61,376 nt of DNA from NCBI GenBank assembly GCA_018714685.1, contig DVNC01000036.1:1-61376 (forward strand), given 5' to 3'. Position 1 is the first letter of the stretch. Every line of letters begins with the position of its first letter. Below the pieces are notes generated by a model. The model had not been told where the DNA came from. It did not search any database and saw nothing but the letters and a program-made list of their open reading frames with translations. The position numbers and the translations under genes are program-made. The stretch is from Candidatus Scatocola faecipullorum (GTDB lineage Bacteria > Pseudomonadota > Alphaproteobacteria > RF32 > CAG-239). Below, piece after piece: positions 1 through 8,414 of the stretch.

Positions 1-116
1 GTCATTGCCCGACTTGATCGGGCAATCCAACAGTTTATCTTCTGGCATCTACGGCTTTTCTTCCTGTCATCTGCGGCTTTTCTCTCTGTCATTATCCGGC
101 TTGACCGGATAATTCA
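1..116. repeat. Two REP-like palindromic units (GTCAT-stem-CTTGA-stem)
   Basis: gtcATTGCCCGActtgaTCGGGCAAT (1-26) and gtcATTATCCGGcttgaCCGGATAAT (88-113). Both have a GTCAT head, a 9-bp stem and a CTTGA loop, with compensatory stem differences. A short CATCTRCGGCTTTTC direct repeat lies between them. Confidence 0.6.
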
Positions 117-190
117 TGCCGCAGAATATCATTTTCTCTGTCATCTGTTGTCTCGCCCGCCGGGAGAGGCATGACCGGAGCATCAGCCAT

Positions 191-220
191 AAAAAATCCC
201 CGGAATGTCCGGGGATTTTT
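191..220. terminator. Intrinsic terminator (bidirectional shape) downstream of the PilT-like gene
   Basis: AAAAAATCCCCGGA-atg-TCCGGGGATTTTT hairpin with A/T tails, 17 bp past the stop at 237. Confidence 0.85.
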
Positions 221-236
221 GTTCAAAACAACAGTT

Positions 237-1199
237 CTATATTTCCGGAAAAATATTTTTGCCGCGGCTCATACGGGTCATCTGGGTTTCGATAGAAGTT
301 GCCAGATTCAGTTTGCCGCCTTTAATAATGCCGCGAACCTGATCGCCCCGGGTTGAATCCGGATTGGTAAACAAATAGCTGACCAGCGGCGTTTTGTTTT
401 TTACGCCGTGCAGGGTTTGGTGAAGCACGCCCAGCATACCGCGGGAAAACAGGTCATAAGCCAGTTCTTCGCTCATCGCTGTGGAGGAGGCGTATTTAAC
501 CACCGAGTTAATCGCATCGGTAATGTTGTTGGCGTGAATGGTTGACAAAACCAGGTGTCCCGAAGTGGCGGCGCGCAAAACTTCACTTGCCGTATCCGGG
601 GTACGGATTTCGCCGACCATAATAAAGCGCGGTTTGGAGCGCAAAGCCGATTTTAAGCCCTCGCCCCAGTTGCCGTTCGGCGGCAGCGTTTGCTTGCACA
701 GGCCCAGACCTCCCGCAACCGAATGATAAACGCCGTCCAGCGGCATTTCGGTCGGGTCTTCGATTGTGTAGGCAAAGCCGCCTTCCATCGTCAGATATTC
801 TTTCATCAGGCTGGAAATAGTGGTTGTTTTACCGGCACCGGTCGGACCGGCGCAGAGAATCAGCCCCGAAGCATTGCTGAGGGAAAGCAGGTATTGTGAA
901 AGTTCAACCGGATATCCCAGACTGTTGAACGGCGGTACTTGTTTTGGCATTTTACGGGCGCAGTATTGAATGCCGTAAATGGAAACCGTTCGTTCCACGC
1001 GATAAAAAATCTCGTCAAACATAACCGAATAACTGGGGTTGTTGCCGTCCCATGACTGTTCTATCAAGTCAAAAAAATCGTCAAAATCTTCGGCTTCCAA
1101 AACCTCCAGTCCGTTAGGCGTAACGTTGTCGGGGATGTAGGCAATTTTGTCCGGCGTAATGTAGATATCCGAGAACAAAACTTCATTTAGTTTAACCAT
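237..1199 (-). CDS. pilT: PilT/PilU-like pilus retraction-type ATPase
   Basis: 320 aa. Walker A GPTGAGKTT, Asp box TIEDPTE, SALRSKP...VGEIR (Walker B), His box GHLVLSTIHA. Lacks the long N-terminal extension and Zn-binding Cys motif of PilB/PilQ. RBS AGAGGA. The symbol is used in the retraction-ATPase sense, not R64 pilT. Confidence 0.75.
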   Translation of the reverse strand: MVKLNEVLFSDIYITPDKIAYIPDNVTPNGLEVLEAEDFDDFFDLIEQSWDGNNPSYSVMFDEIFYRVERTVSIYGIQYCARKMPKQVPPFNSLGYPVELSQYLLSLSNASGLILCAGPTGAGKTTTISSLMKEYLTMEGGFAYTIEDPTEMPLDGVYHSVAGGLGLCKQTLPPNGNWGEGLKSALRSKPRFIMVGEIRTPDTASEVLRAATSGHLVLSTIHANNITDAINSVVKYASSTAMSEELAYDLFSRGMLGVLHQTLHGVKNKTPLVSYLFTNPDSTRGDQVRGIIKGGKLNLATSIETQMTRMSRGKNIFPEI

Positions 1200-1427
1200 G
1201 TTTTCCTCTTTAGTTTTTTATAATTTAAGGCAAAGGAGCATTTTCTGCGGCGTTTTGTTGAATCTCTGCGGAAATTTATCCTTTGTCAGACTCTGTCACA
1301 AATAATTATCGCCCTCAACCAAACATGGGGTCAGTTTAACATTAAAAAGAATAATATTTATTTAATCTTTTATGACATTTTTAAGCTCAAACCGCAAATT
1401 AAACGCTCTTTTTTTGCCGTGGGATAT

Positions 1428-1455
1428 AAAAAACCCCGGCATAACCGGGGTTTTT
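1428..1455 (-). terminator. Intrinsic terminator of the major pilin gene
   Basis: AAAAAACCCCGG-cataa-CCGGGGTTTTT, just downstream of the pilin stop at 1473. Confidence 0.85.
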
Positions 1456-1472
1456 CTTAAGCACTTATACAA

Positions 1473-2102
1473 CTACATGTAATACCAAGTGATTGTTGTA
1501 TAACCATCATCTGTAGCGCAAGTCGTGGCTGCATCTGCCGGTGTAACCGGTAAGTGCATATTATCCCATGCAGCGGCACCTTTAGCCGCAGCATTACCAA
1601 AGGCTGGAGCATTCTGACCTTGCGGCGCTGCATCACTGACTTGAATACCGATAAAACCGGAAGATGCACCGGAACCCCAGTCAGACGTAATAAGCTGGAC
1701 GCAAGCTTCCTGACCCATGTTTTCATACGAAACTCTGAACGCAGAGGCTGTTTGCTGATTGTAATTAACTGTTCCGATGGTAACTGCACCTTGGAAAGCA
1801 TTAACCAGAGTATTAGCACCTACAGCAGAGGCAGCACCTTCCATTTCAGCCGGAACGACACCCATATCTAATGCATTTGATGTGGCCAAACCGGAATAAT
1901 TACGCTGGCCGGAATACAAAGTACGGATATTGGCTACCATCATGGAAACCTGATCCATTGTTTTGGTAATTTTAAATTTTGTCATTGCTTTTGAATAACC
2001 TGCGATACCGCCGACAGACAGAACGCCGATAATTGCGAGCACGCCGAGCATTTCCACCATGGAACGGCCGGTCTGTTCATTTTTTTCAAGTAAGTTAACC
2101 AT
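1473..2102 (-). CDS. pilS: Type IV major prepilin with a PilS-like globular domain
   Basis: Leader MVNLLEKNEQTG, then RSMVEMLGVLAIIGVLSVGGIAGY (Glu at +5, hydrophobic helix). C-domain NAFQGAVTIG...FRVSYENMGQEACVQLIT resembles type IVb PilS and has two Cys. It has its own RBS (AAGGAG), promoter and terminator. Confidence 0.85.
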   Translation of the reverse strand: MVNLLEKNEQTGRSMVEMLGVLAIIGVLSVGGIAGYSKAMTKFKITKTMDQVSMMVANIRTLYSGQRNYSGLATSNALDMGVVPAEMEGAASAVGANTLVNAFQGAVTIGTVNYNQQTASAFRVSYENMGQEACVQLITSDWGSGASSGFIGIQVSDAAPQGQNAPAFGNAAAKGAAAWDNMHLPVTPADAATTCATDDGYTTITWYYM

Positions 2103-2126
2103 TTTCTTTCTCCTTAGTTCAACTGC

Positions 2127-2164
2127 ATTCTATCATAATTATAACAGGTTAAAATTTTGTTACA
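2127..2164 (-). promoter_or_regulatory. Putative pilin promoter: extended -10 (TGATAGAAT) and CtrA-like box GTAA-N7-TTAAC
   Basis: The minus strand reads TGTAACAAAATTTTAACCTGTTATAATTATGATAGAAT. This is one mismatch from the CtrA consensus TTAA-N7-TTAAC. Confidence 0.45.
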
Positions 2165-2226
2165 ATTCTGGCTTTAGCTATATCATTTGCTCTTTATTTA
2201 TAACTTTAGTCATAAAAAATAAAACT

Positions 2227-2826
2227 TTATTCAAACCGCCAGGAAACAATATTGTTTTTGCCGCAATATTTGGCTGCGTCTTGTTTGGTAATCGGCAGCG
2301 GATTACTTCCGCCCCAGTTAAATTCATAGCGCTGTTCGCCGTTGCTGATAATCATCTGCAACAGGCTCAGGCTCTCCCTTTCGTTCAGCCGAAAAGCGGC
2401 CATAACCGTACATTCGCTTTTGTTGAGTTCGGGAAACGTAACCGTAAAATGACGCGTTCCCGGCATGATAATGCTGCCTTGTTCATCTTCACCGATAATA
2501 ACCGGTTTGCCGAAAGCGTTTTGCAGTTTGCCGTCAATCAGCATGCCGCCAGCTTCCAAATTGTTTTTGATGACCGTTTCGGTGTTGAGCCCCCAATATC
2601 CCGGTTTGGTCTGATAAAACAGCCGGATGTTGTTGGCTGTTTGTGCCAGTTGGGTTGCCGCGATTTCAATTTTGGGATTCGGCCGGATAATCCAGGCCAA
2701 AACAATAATAATCGCCGCCGTCATAACTGTAATGGCAATAATAATTTTCTGATCCAGCTTGACCGCACGACGGTAAGCATAAAAACGCTGTTTCAGAAAA
2801 AGCAGATAATCTTTTATTTTTTTCAT
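2227..2826 (-). CDS. PilS-fold pilin-like protein with an uncleaved membrane anchor (minor pilin/accessory)
   Basis: Probable start MKKIKDY at 2826 (199 aa; the longer ORF overlaps pilR). One TM, then ANNIRLFYQTKPGYWGL...QNAFGKPVIIG...FTVTFPELNKSEC, paralogous to the pilin. No G|xxxxE prepilin motif. Confidence 0.7.
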   Translation of the reverse strand: MKKIKDYLLFLKQRFYAYRRAVKLDQKIIIAITVMTAAIIIVLAWIIRPNPKIEIAATQLAQTANNIRLFYQTKPGYWGLNTETVIKNNLEAGGMLIDGKLQNAFGKPVIIGEDEQGSIIMPGTRHFTVTFPELNKSECTVMAAFRLNERESLSLLQMIISNGEQRYEFNWGGSNPLPITKQDAAKYCGKNNIVSWRFE

Positions 2827-2830
2827 TGTC

Positions 2831-3952
2831 TTATCCCATTCCGCTGGTGATTTGGTCTTGCATGTCGAAAACGCCCATAACCGCCCAGGCAATAACGCCG
2901 CCGACGGACAGCAGAGCAACCATGTTCAGAACGCTGGCTTTTTGCTCAATAACATAGACCGATTCTTCCAGCCAGTCATTGGCCAGCTTGTCCATTGCCT
3001 CTTCAAAATTGTCCAGTTCGGAATAAATCTTCAGGTCGGCAATAATCTCCCTGTCCGGGAAATCCAGCCCGGTTTTTTCCAGAGCCTGGCCGAGGTTGTC
3101 ACCGTTATTGACGAAGATGAGCGTCTTATCGATTCTTTCCCGCAGATAAGGGTTTGCATCACGCCGCAGTGCCTGTAATGCGGTTGAAACCGGCGTACCG
3201 CTTTTGACCAGAGCAGACATCGCCAGCAGCCAGCTGATGCCTGAAAAGACTTTATACAACGACCATGGCGGCAAATTGTCGAAAAATGAACGGATTAAAC
3301 CCCGCCAAATGCCGATAGTCAGGTAAATAATCGCCATCACTGTCGGCAGAGCCGCAAAAGCAACCGTCCAGTAGGTTCTGATCCAGTCGGAAACGTCAAC
3401 CAGTGTTTTCGCCGATCCGCGCCAGCGCACATTCGGGGCGGCTTCCTGCATCGGCGGCACCATGTAGGCACCGATACCATACAAAATCAATACCGACATA
3501 AACATCAGGAATGCCGGATAAACGATAGCCCCCACAATCGGACGCACCATTTTGGTCGTTCCTTCCGTTACTTTAATCAGGTTTAATAACGCGCTTTCAA
3601 GGTTAGAGACGTCACCGGTGGAAAGCATCAGTCTTTCACGCGCCGGAGCCCAGCCTTTCAGGGCGTCGGCAAACGTCAAACCGTTTTGCAAAGACTTGGA
3701 CCAAGCTGCAATGGCGATTGCAATCGGCTCGCCTGGACTCTTGCCGCCGTTGCTGGCGCCGTCGTACAGCAAGTCAAGCGCATCCATCAGCGAAAAGCGG
3801 TTAGACATCAGTGAGGCTATTTTCCGATACATCTTCAGTCTTGTCTTGTTAGACATTTTTGTAACAAGTTTGGCATATTGTATTTCAACCGCGCCGACGC
3901 TTTTCATTGCGCGGGTCAATGTCTCGGAACGTTTTTTATCGTCTTGTGCCAT
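2831..3952 (-). CDS. pilR: Type IV pilus inner-membrane platform protein (PilR/GspF/PilC family)
   Basis: 373 aa with two T2SSF-like repeats (SLQNGLTFADAL...AIVYPAFL; NGDNLGQALEKTG) and 3 TM segments. It follows the ATPase, as in R64. Confidence 0.85.
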   Translation of the reverse strand: MAQDDKKRSETLTRAMKSVGAVEIQYAKLVTKMSNKTRLKMYRKIASLMSNRFSLMDALDLLYDGASNGGKSPGEPIAIAIAAWSKSLQNGLTFADALKGWAPARERLMLSTGDVSNLESALLNLIKVTEGTTKMVRPIVGAIVYPAFLMFMSVLILYGIGAYMVPPMQEAAPNVRWRGSAKTLVDVSDWIRTYWTVAFAALPTVMAIIYLTIGIWRGLIRSFFDNLPPWSLYKVFSGISWLLAMSALVKSGTPVSTALQALRRDANPYLRERIDKTLIFVNNGDNLGQALEKTGLDFPDREIIADLKIYSELDNFEEAMDKLANDWLEESVYVIEQKASVLNMVALLSVGGVIAWAVMGVFDMQDQITSGMG

Positions 3953-3961
3953 AAAATCCTC

Positions 3962-5626
3962 CTAGTAAGCCGGACGTTGGTCAAGCAGGCCGCACCAGCG
4001 CTCAACCTCGTCCAAATCAATATAGCCCTTGAGCATACGTTCGATTGCGGCGTCTTTCAACGGCCGCCCGTTCAAATCGCTGGTCCAGTAATCAATTGCT
4101 TTGCGGGTTTCGCCGGCAATCATCAGCTCCAGAAAAACCGCATCCGGCAAAATAATTTCCGGCACGCTCATACGCCCTTTAATTCCCTTGTTGTCGCAAA
4201 ATTTGCACCCCGGTCCGCGCACATAGGTATTTTCAATACCGAAATCGCCCAAGGCAATCTTCAGCCGCTTGACCGCCGGGTCGTTAAGCCTCTCTTTGAC
4301 AGAGACCCGGCAATGCGGACATAATTTGCGGAACAAACGTTGTGAAATCAACCCCTTAACCAATTCAGGATCCGCCAGCATATATGGCTGAATCCCCATG
4401 TCTCGCAGTCGTGTGATAATCGCCGGGGCGCTGTTGGCGTGCAGGGTCGTCCATACGCCGTGTCCGGATAATGCCCCCTTAAAAGTTAATTCTGCCGTAG
4501 CCAAAGCACGAGTTTCGCCCACCATCATAACGTCCGGGTCTGAACGCAGTGCCGCCGACAATGCTTTGGTAAACATTTCGGCCTTTTCTTCTTCGGTATT
4601 GGCATTGGTAACCGGCATCTGCCGGGCGCCGGGAATAGGATATTCCGGCGGGTCTTCCACCGTAATCAGGTTAATTTCGTAATTTTTTTCCTGCAACAGT
4701 TTAATCATGTTGCGTTGCAGGGTTGTTGATTTTCCCGAACCGGTCGGCCCGGCAATAACACTCAATCCGGTCGGAACCGCCCGCAGCCGGTAAAACAGGT
4801 TTTCTTCATATTCGCCGAAACCCAGAGCCTGCAAATCGCCGCTGCCGTCGGGATTTTCATCGGCATACAGCAGACGCATGACCAAATATTGCGAACCGAA
4901 CGCAATCGGGTTAAACTGCAAACGGATAGCCAGAACGTTATGCGGCAGCATCAATTTGCCTTTGGAGCCGCGCAGCGGTGTTGATCCCAGTTTCTGGGCG
5001 CCCTGAAACTCGTTTTGCGCATAGTTTGAGTCGGAAATGTCTGCCGAAGCGAAAGCGGCGCGGACAAAAGATTCGCCCCAGTCTTTGTTATACTCCATCA
5101 CCGTTTGCATCATACCGTTGATGCGAAACATAATCTGCGTGCTGTCGGCCACCACAACGTGAACGTCTGACACCTTTACCGCGGCCGCCCGGGCAATTAC
5201 GTTAACGAAGTCTTTCTGCATTTGCAGTTGGTCAAGGTCTTCATCGCCCTCAATGTCCGACATCGGCTGTGCGCGTTCGCCGTAAGCGTAAACGGCATTG
5301 ATTTCGTTTTGGCTGACATAGGTCGGTTTGCTGATGTTCAGATGTTTTTTGCGGGCCAGAACTTCGAAACTTAAAACGCGCCCGTCAAATTTATGAGATT
5401 CGACAACCAGAAAACGCCCATCGGCAAACAAAGCCAGCAAACGCCGGGTATCGTCATTGATAACCAGCGAAGAACCCGGAAGCGTCAGAAGCTTGTTCCC
5501 GCCGCTGAAAAGGTCATCAATCAGATTATATTTCTTTCCTCCGCCTGCTTCTGAGGCGCCGATAACCTGACCTGAAGTCTTTCCGGCGTCGGAAGCAGCT
5601 TCTTGAATTTCTGATTCGTCGGCCAT
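3962..5626 (-). CDS. pilQ: Type IV pilus assembly ATPase (PilQ/PilB/GspE family)
   Basis: VSDVH, Walker A GPTGSGKSTT, VEDPPEY, ALRSDPDVMMVGETR, GHGVWTTLHANSA, and QRLFRKLCPHC...GCKFC tetracysteine motif. Confidence 0.92.
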   Translation of the reverse strand: MADESEIQEAASDAGKTSGQVIGASEAGGGKKYNLIDDLFSGGNKLLTLPGSSLVINDDTRRLLALFADGRFLVVESHKFDGRVLSFEVLARKKHLNISKPTYVSQNEINAVYAYGERAQPMSDIEGDEDLDQLQMQKDFVNVIARAAAVKVSDVHVVVADSTQIMFRINGMMQTVMEYNKDWGESFVRAAFASADISDSNYAQNEFQGAQKLGSTPLRGSKGKLMLPHNVLAIRLQFNPIAFGSQYLVMRLLYADENPDGSGDLQALGFGEYEENLFYRLRAVPTGLSVIAGPTGSGKSTTLQRNMIKLLQEKNYEINLITVEDPPEYPIPGARQMPVTNANTEEEKAEMFTKALSAALRSDPDVMMVGETRALATAELTFKGALSGHGVWTTLHANSAPAIITRLRDMGIQPYMLADPELVKGLISQRLFRKLCPHCRVSVKERLNDPAVKRLKIALGDFGIENTYVRGPGCKFCDNKGIKGRMSVPEIILPDAVFLELMIAGETRKAIDYWTSDLNGRPLKDAAIERMLKGYIDLDEVERWCGLLDQRPAY

Positions 5627-5634
5627 TTTTTTAC

Positions 5635-7131
5635 TTACCTGATAAACATCCCTTCACGAAGGCTGGGCAATCCCTGACTTGAATTCAAGCTTGGCAGGGG
5701 TTCCAAATCATTGTCGCCGTTTCCGCCCCTTTGCGGCAGCGGGGTAATTCCGGCTCTGGCGGCGGAAGATCTGACCGGTTCACGGTCAAGTACGCCGCCG
5801 GCGGCAAAATATAAATAATCTTTGGTGCCGTTTTTGTCAGCCCGCAGATAAGTCTGCGAAATTTCGTCAACCGTATGACCGCTCTGCAGAACCGTTCCTT
5901 TCTGAACCATAAAGGAAGAACCGCTCTTATTGATTAATTTGGCCGCCAGTTCGTTGCCTTTTCCGCTGATTTCCATAATCGCGTATTCGTCAGACAATTT
6001 CTGATTCTTTTTCTCTTCGGCATTTTCTTCCGAGGCCGAGGCAAAAGGATTGGTCTTGTCTTTGTTCTTTGCCGTATTTTCTTCTTCTCTGGCCAGCTTT
6101 TCCGCCTCCAGTCGTGATTTCAGGATGGAAATCTGCGTTTGCAGATTGGCCAATTCGCGGCTGTAATTCTTTTTTGCCGTTTCTGCGGCGTCGGCTGCCT
6201 TGGAAGCTAACTGAGCCAAGTGGTTAAGCTTCATTTTAAAGTTCTTGACCAGTTTTTCTCTGTCTTCCTCGGTCTTAACGATTTCTCCGTACAAACGGGC
6301 ATTGTTTTCAATCCATTTCTGGTTGGTATCCAGCATTTGCTCTTTATATGCGTTGACAATATTTTCCTGTCTCAGCTTTTCATAGGCAATGTTAAGCTCT
6401 CTCAGCTTCTGCTCTTCTACCAGCAGTTTGCGTTCCTGCTCTTTTTCCCATTCGATCCGCTGCCGTTCTTTTTCCGCTTTTTTCTCATTAATTTCATCAA
6501 CGGCCTTTTGCCGGGCGGCTTTAATTGCGGCAATCTCGTTTTTAACTTTTTCCCGGCGCAGTTCCAAAGTCAGCAGGCTGGTTTGTTTTTCCAAATCAGA
6601 CATCTGGTTAAATAATTCATTGTCAACCTGCGATAGAATTCCTTCGCCGAAGTTGCTGCTTTCCGGTGTCATCGGCTGCGGTCTGGACAGCGGGGACAAT
6701 GTCGGATTAGCCGGCTGCACTTGCGGCGCGGCGGCAGACAACCCTGCTGACGGAGCCTGATTGGCTGCAGTCATAGGCTGTATCGGGGCCGTATTGTTGG
6801 GCGCATTGTTATCCGGCGGCAATAAACCGCTGTCACCGTTCAAATTCGGCAGATTTAAGTCATTTGATGCATTCTGATCCGGCCCGGTCAGAGGAATAAT
6901 CGCTTCATCGTCAGACTGCGGTGCCGGAAGTTCTGTCGGAGCATCATCATTTAACGAAGGCGGAACCAGCAAGCCGCTGTCGTCGTCGGTATCGTTCAGC
7001 GTTATTTCGCTCGGAAGGGCATTGGCTGCACCTGAATTCGGAAGTTGGGCATAAGCCGGCTGCCCGGCTGCGGCTGCAATAATCAGCGCCAGAGCTGTAA
7101 TGCCTAAACTGTTTCTGATATTATAATACAT
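5635..7131 (-). CDS. pilP: PilP-like type IVb pilus protein with a long coiled coil
   Basis: Probable start MYYNIR at 7131, signal peptide ending PAYA, Pro-rich linker and coiled coil. C-terminal MEISGKGNELAAKL...GSSFMVQKGTVLQSGHTVDEIS resembles the IVb PilP domain. Lies between pilO and pilQ. Confidence 0.65.
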   Translation of the reverse strand: MYYNIRNSLGITALALIIAAAAGQPAYAQLPNSGAANALPSEITLNDTDDDSGLLVPPSLNDDAPTELPAPQSDDEAIIPLTGPDQNASNDLNLPNLNGDSGLLPPDNNAPNNTAPIQPMTAANQAPSAGLSAAAPQVQPANPTLSPLSRPQPMTPESSNFGEGILSQVDNELFNQMSDLEKQTSLLTLELRREKVKNEIAAIKAARQKAVDEINEKKAEKERQRIEWEKEQERKLLVEEQKLRELNIAYEKLRQENIVNAYKEQMLDTNQKWIENNARLYGEIVKTEEDREKLVKNFKMKLNHLAQLASKAADAAETAKKNYSRELANLQTQISILKSRLEAEKLAREEENTAKNKDKTNPFASASEENAEEKKNQKLSDEYAIMEISGKGNELAAKLINKSGSSFMVQKGTVLQSGHTVDEISQTYLRADKNGTKDYLYFAAGGVLDREPVRSSAARAGITPLPQRGGNGDNDLEPLPSLNSSQGLPSLREGMFIR

Positions 7132-8398
7132 AGATTGCTCCCTCATAATGCCACTTCTTGCTGGTAACGTCATATTTTATATTATTAATCTCAAGTCCTG
7201 AAAATTTTGTTAATAAATCATTCCAGACCGACGGATTTTGCATCGAGTCAAAACTGAATTTGACTGAACGATATATATTATTGCGCGGCGAAGTATAAGA
7301 AAAACTTGTCAGAGAAATCTCCTGCCCGATAGCCTGAAACATATTGTTCAGTACGTTTTTCAAATCCACGTCCATATATTGCGGCGGCGACGAGATAATA
7401 TCAACCTTATTTAAAGGAACAGAAACCATCATCGTATTTCCGTCATCGGAAACCGATTTGCCCGAAAAATTAATGCCGGACACGTTTAAAGCCTTGTCAA
7501 TCCAACTGATACGGCCGACTTCTCGAGTCCAGAACGTGGTTACACCGCTGGGTCCGCAGGATAAACCGCCGATTTTCCAGCCCGGAGGCATAATTCGAAT
7601 TAATGCATTGATGCCGTCACGACATTGCAACATAATATCTGTCGGGTTATTTAAACGCTCCCACGGCTTTATCTCGGGCGGTTCCTCCACCGGTTTAACG
7701 ATTTTGGGCTGAACCGGGGCGATAATCGGCCGTTTCGGCGGACTGAAAAACAAACTGCTGATAATGCTGGACAGCAGCCAGAAACCGATAATGCCGGAAA
7801 CGGCAATAACCGCAATCAGCTTGGTTCCCCGCAACGCTTTAATCTTTTGCAGTTTGCCTTTGGCACCGCGTTGTAAAAGTTTTCCTAATTCCGGATATTC
7901 GGTCTCTTCAATTTCCCATTCCGGCGGAGCAATTTTGCGGCCCCAGTCCGGCACGGCCAACATCGACAGAAACTGGTTTTTGGCGTCTTCCTCGTTAAGA
8001 AAGAGCATATCGCCGTCAGACAGGATAATATCGTTACGGACGCAGGTGTACCACCAGCCGTTTTTGACTTTGAATACGCCGACGAAAGAAGAGCGGTCGC
8101 TTAATGCTGTAGCCAGAGAAACCGCCGCAGCCGGTGTTCCCGACTTATATCCTTCATGCGAGACGCAAATACCGAACTGCGGCGCTTTGCCCGGTTTGAT
8201 ACAGAAAAGGTCAGCCCCTTCCAAAACGCCTGCGGAAGCTTCTTCCACTTCCGCATACGGATCGTCTTTGTTCTGCAAGGGCTGCCAGAACAAACTGGTG
8301 GCGTAAGACGTTCCTTCGATGTTAATCTCCGTTCCCCAGGAACGGTTAACATTCGAATCAAAGTCTTGATCTTGAAACTTAGCGTCTTCCAGCACCAT
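7121..8398 (-). CDS. pilO: PilO-like (PAP_PilO/PilO2) pilus accessory protein
   Basis: YATSLFWQPL...SLATAL...GWWYTCVRNDIILSDGD cytoplasmic domain, one TM, and a periplasmic PPGWKIGGLSC segment. Directly after the secretin. Confidence 0.75.
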   Translation of the reverse strand: MVLEDAKFQDQDFDSNVNRSWGTEINIEGTSYATSLFWQPLQNKDDPYAEVEEASAGVLEGADLFCIKPGKAPQFGICVSHEGYKSGTPAAAVSLATALSDRSSFVGVFKVKNGWWYTCVRNDIILSDGDMLFLNEEDAKNQFLSMLAVPDWGRKIAPPEWEIEETEYPELGKLLQRGAKGKLQKIKALRGTKLIAVIAVSGIIGFWLLSSIISSLFFSPPKRPIIAPVQPKIVKPVEEPPEIKPWERLNNPTDIMLQCRDGINALIRIMPPGWKIGGLSCGPSGVTTFWTREVGRISWIDKALNVSGINFSGKSVSDDGNTMMVSVPLNKVDIISSPPQYMDVDLKNVLNNMFQAIGQEISLTSFSYTSPRNNIYRSVKFSFDSMQNPSVWNDLLTKFSGLEINNIKYDVTSKKWHYEGAIYVL

Positions 8399-8414
8399 TT
8401 GTTTTTTTCCTATA

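Noticed and set aside
1473-2826. Shufflon or DGR-type pilin variation
   Set aside because: No recombinase, sfx-like repeats, reverse transcriptase or TR/VR pair is seen.
2059-2850. 263-aa plus-strand ORF
   Set aside because: It is antisense to the pilin-like gene and crosses the pilin promoter; no motifs.
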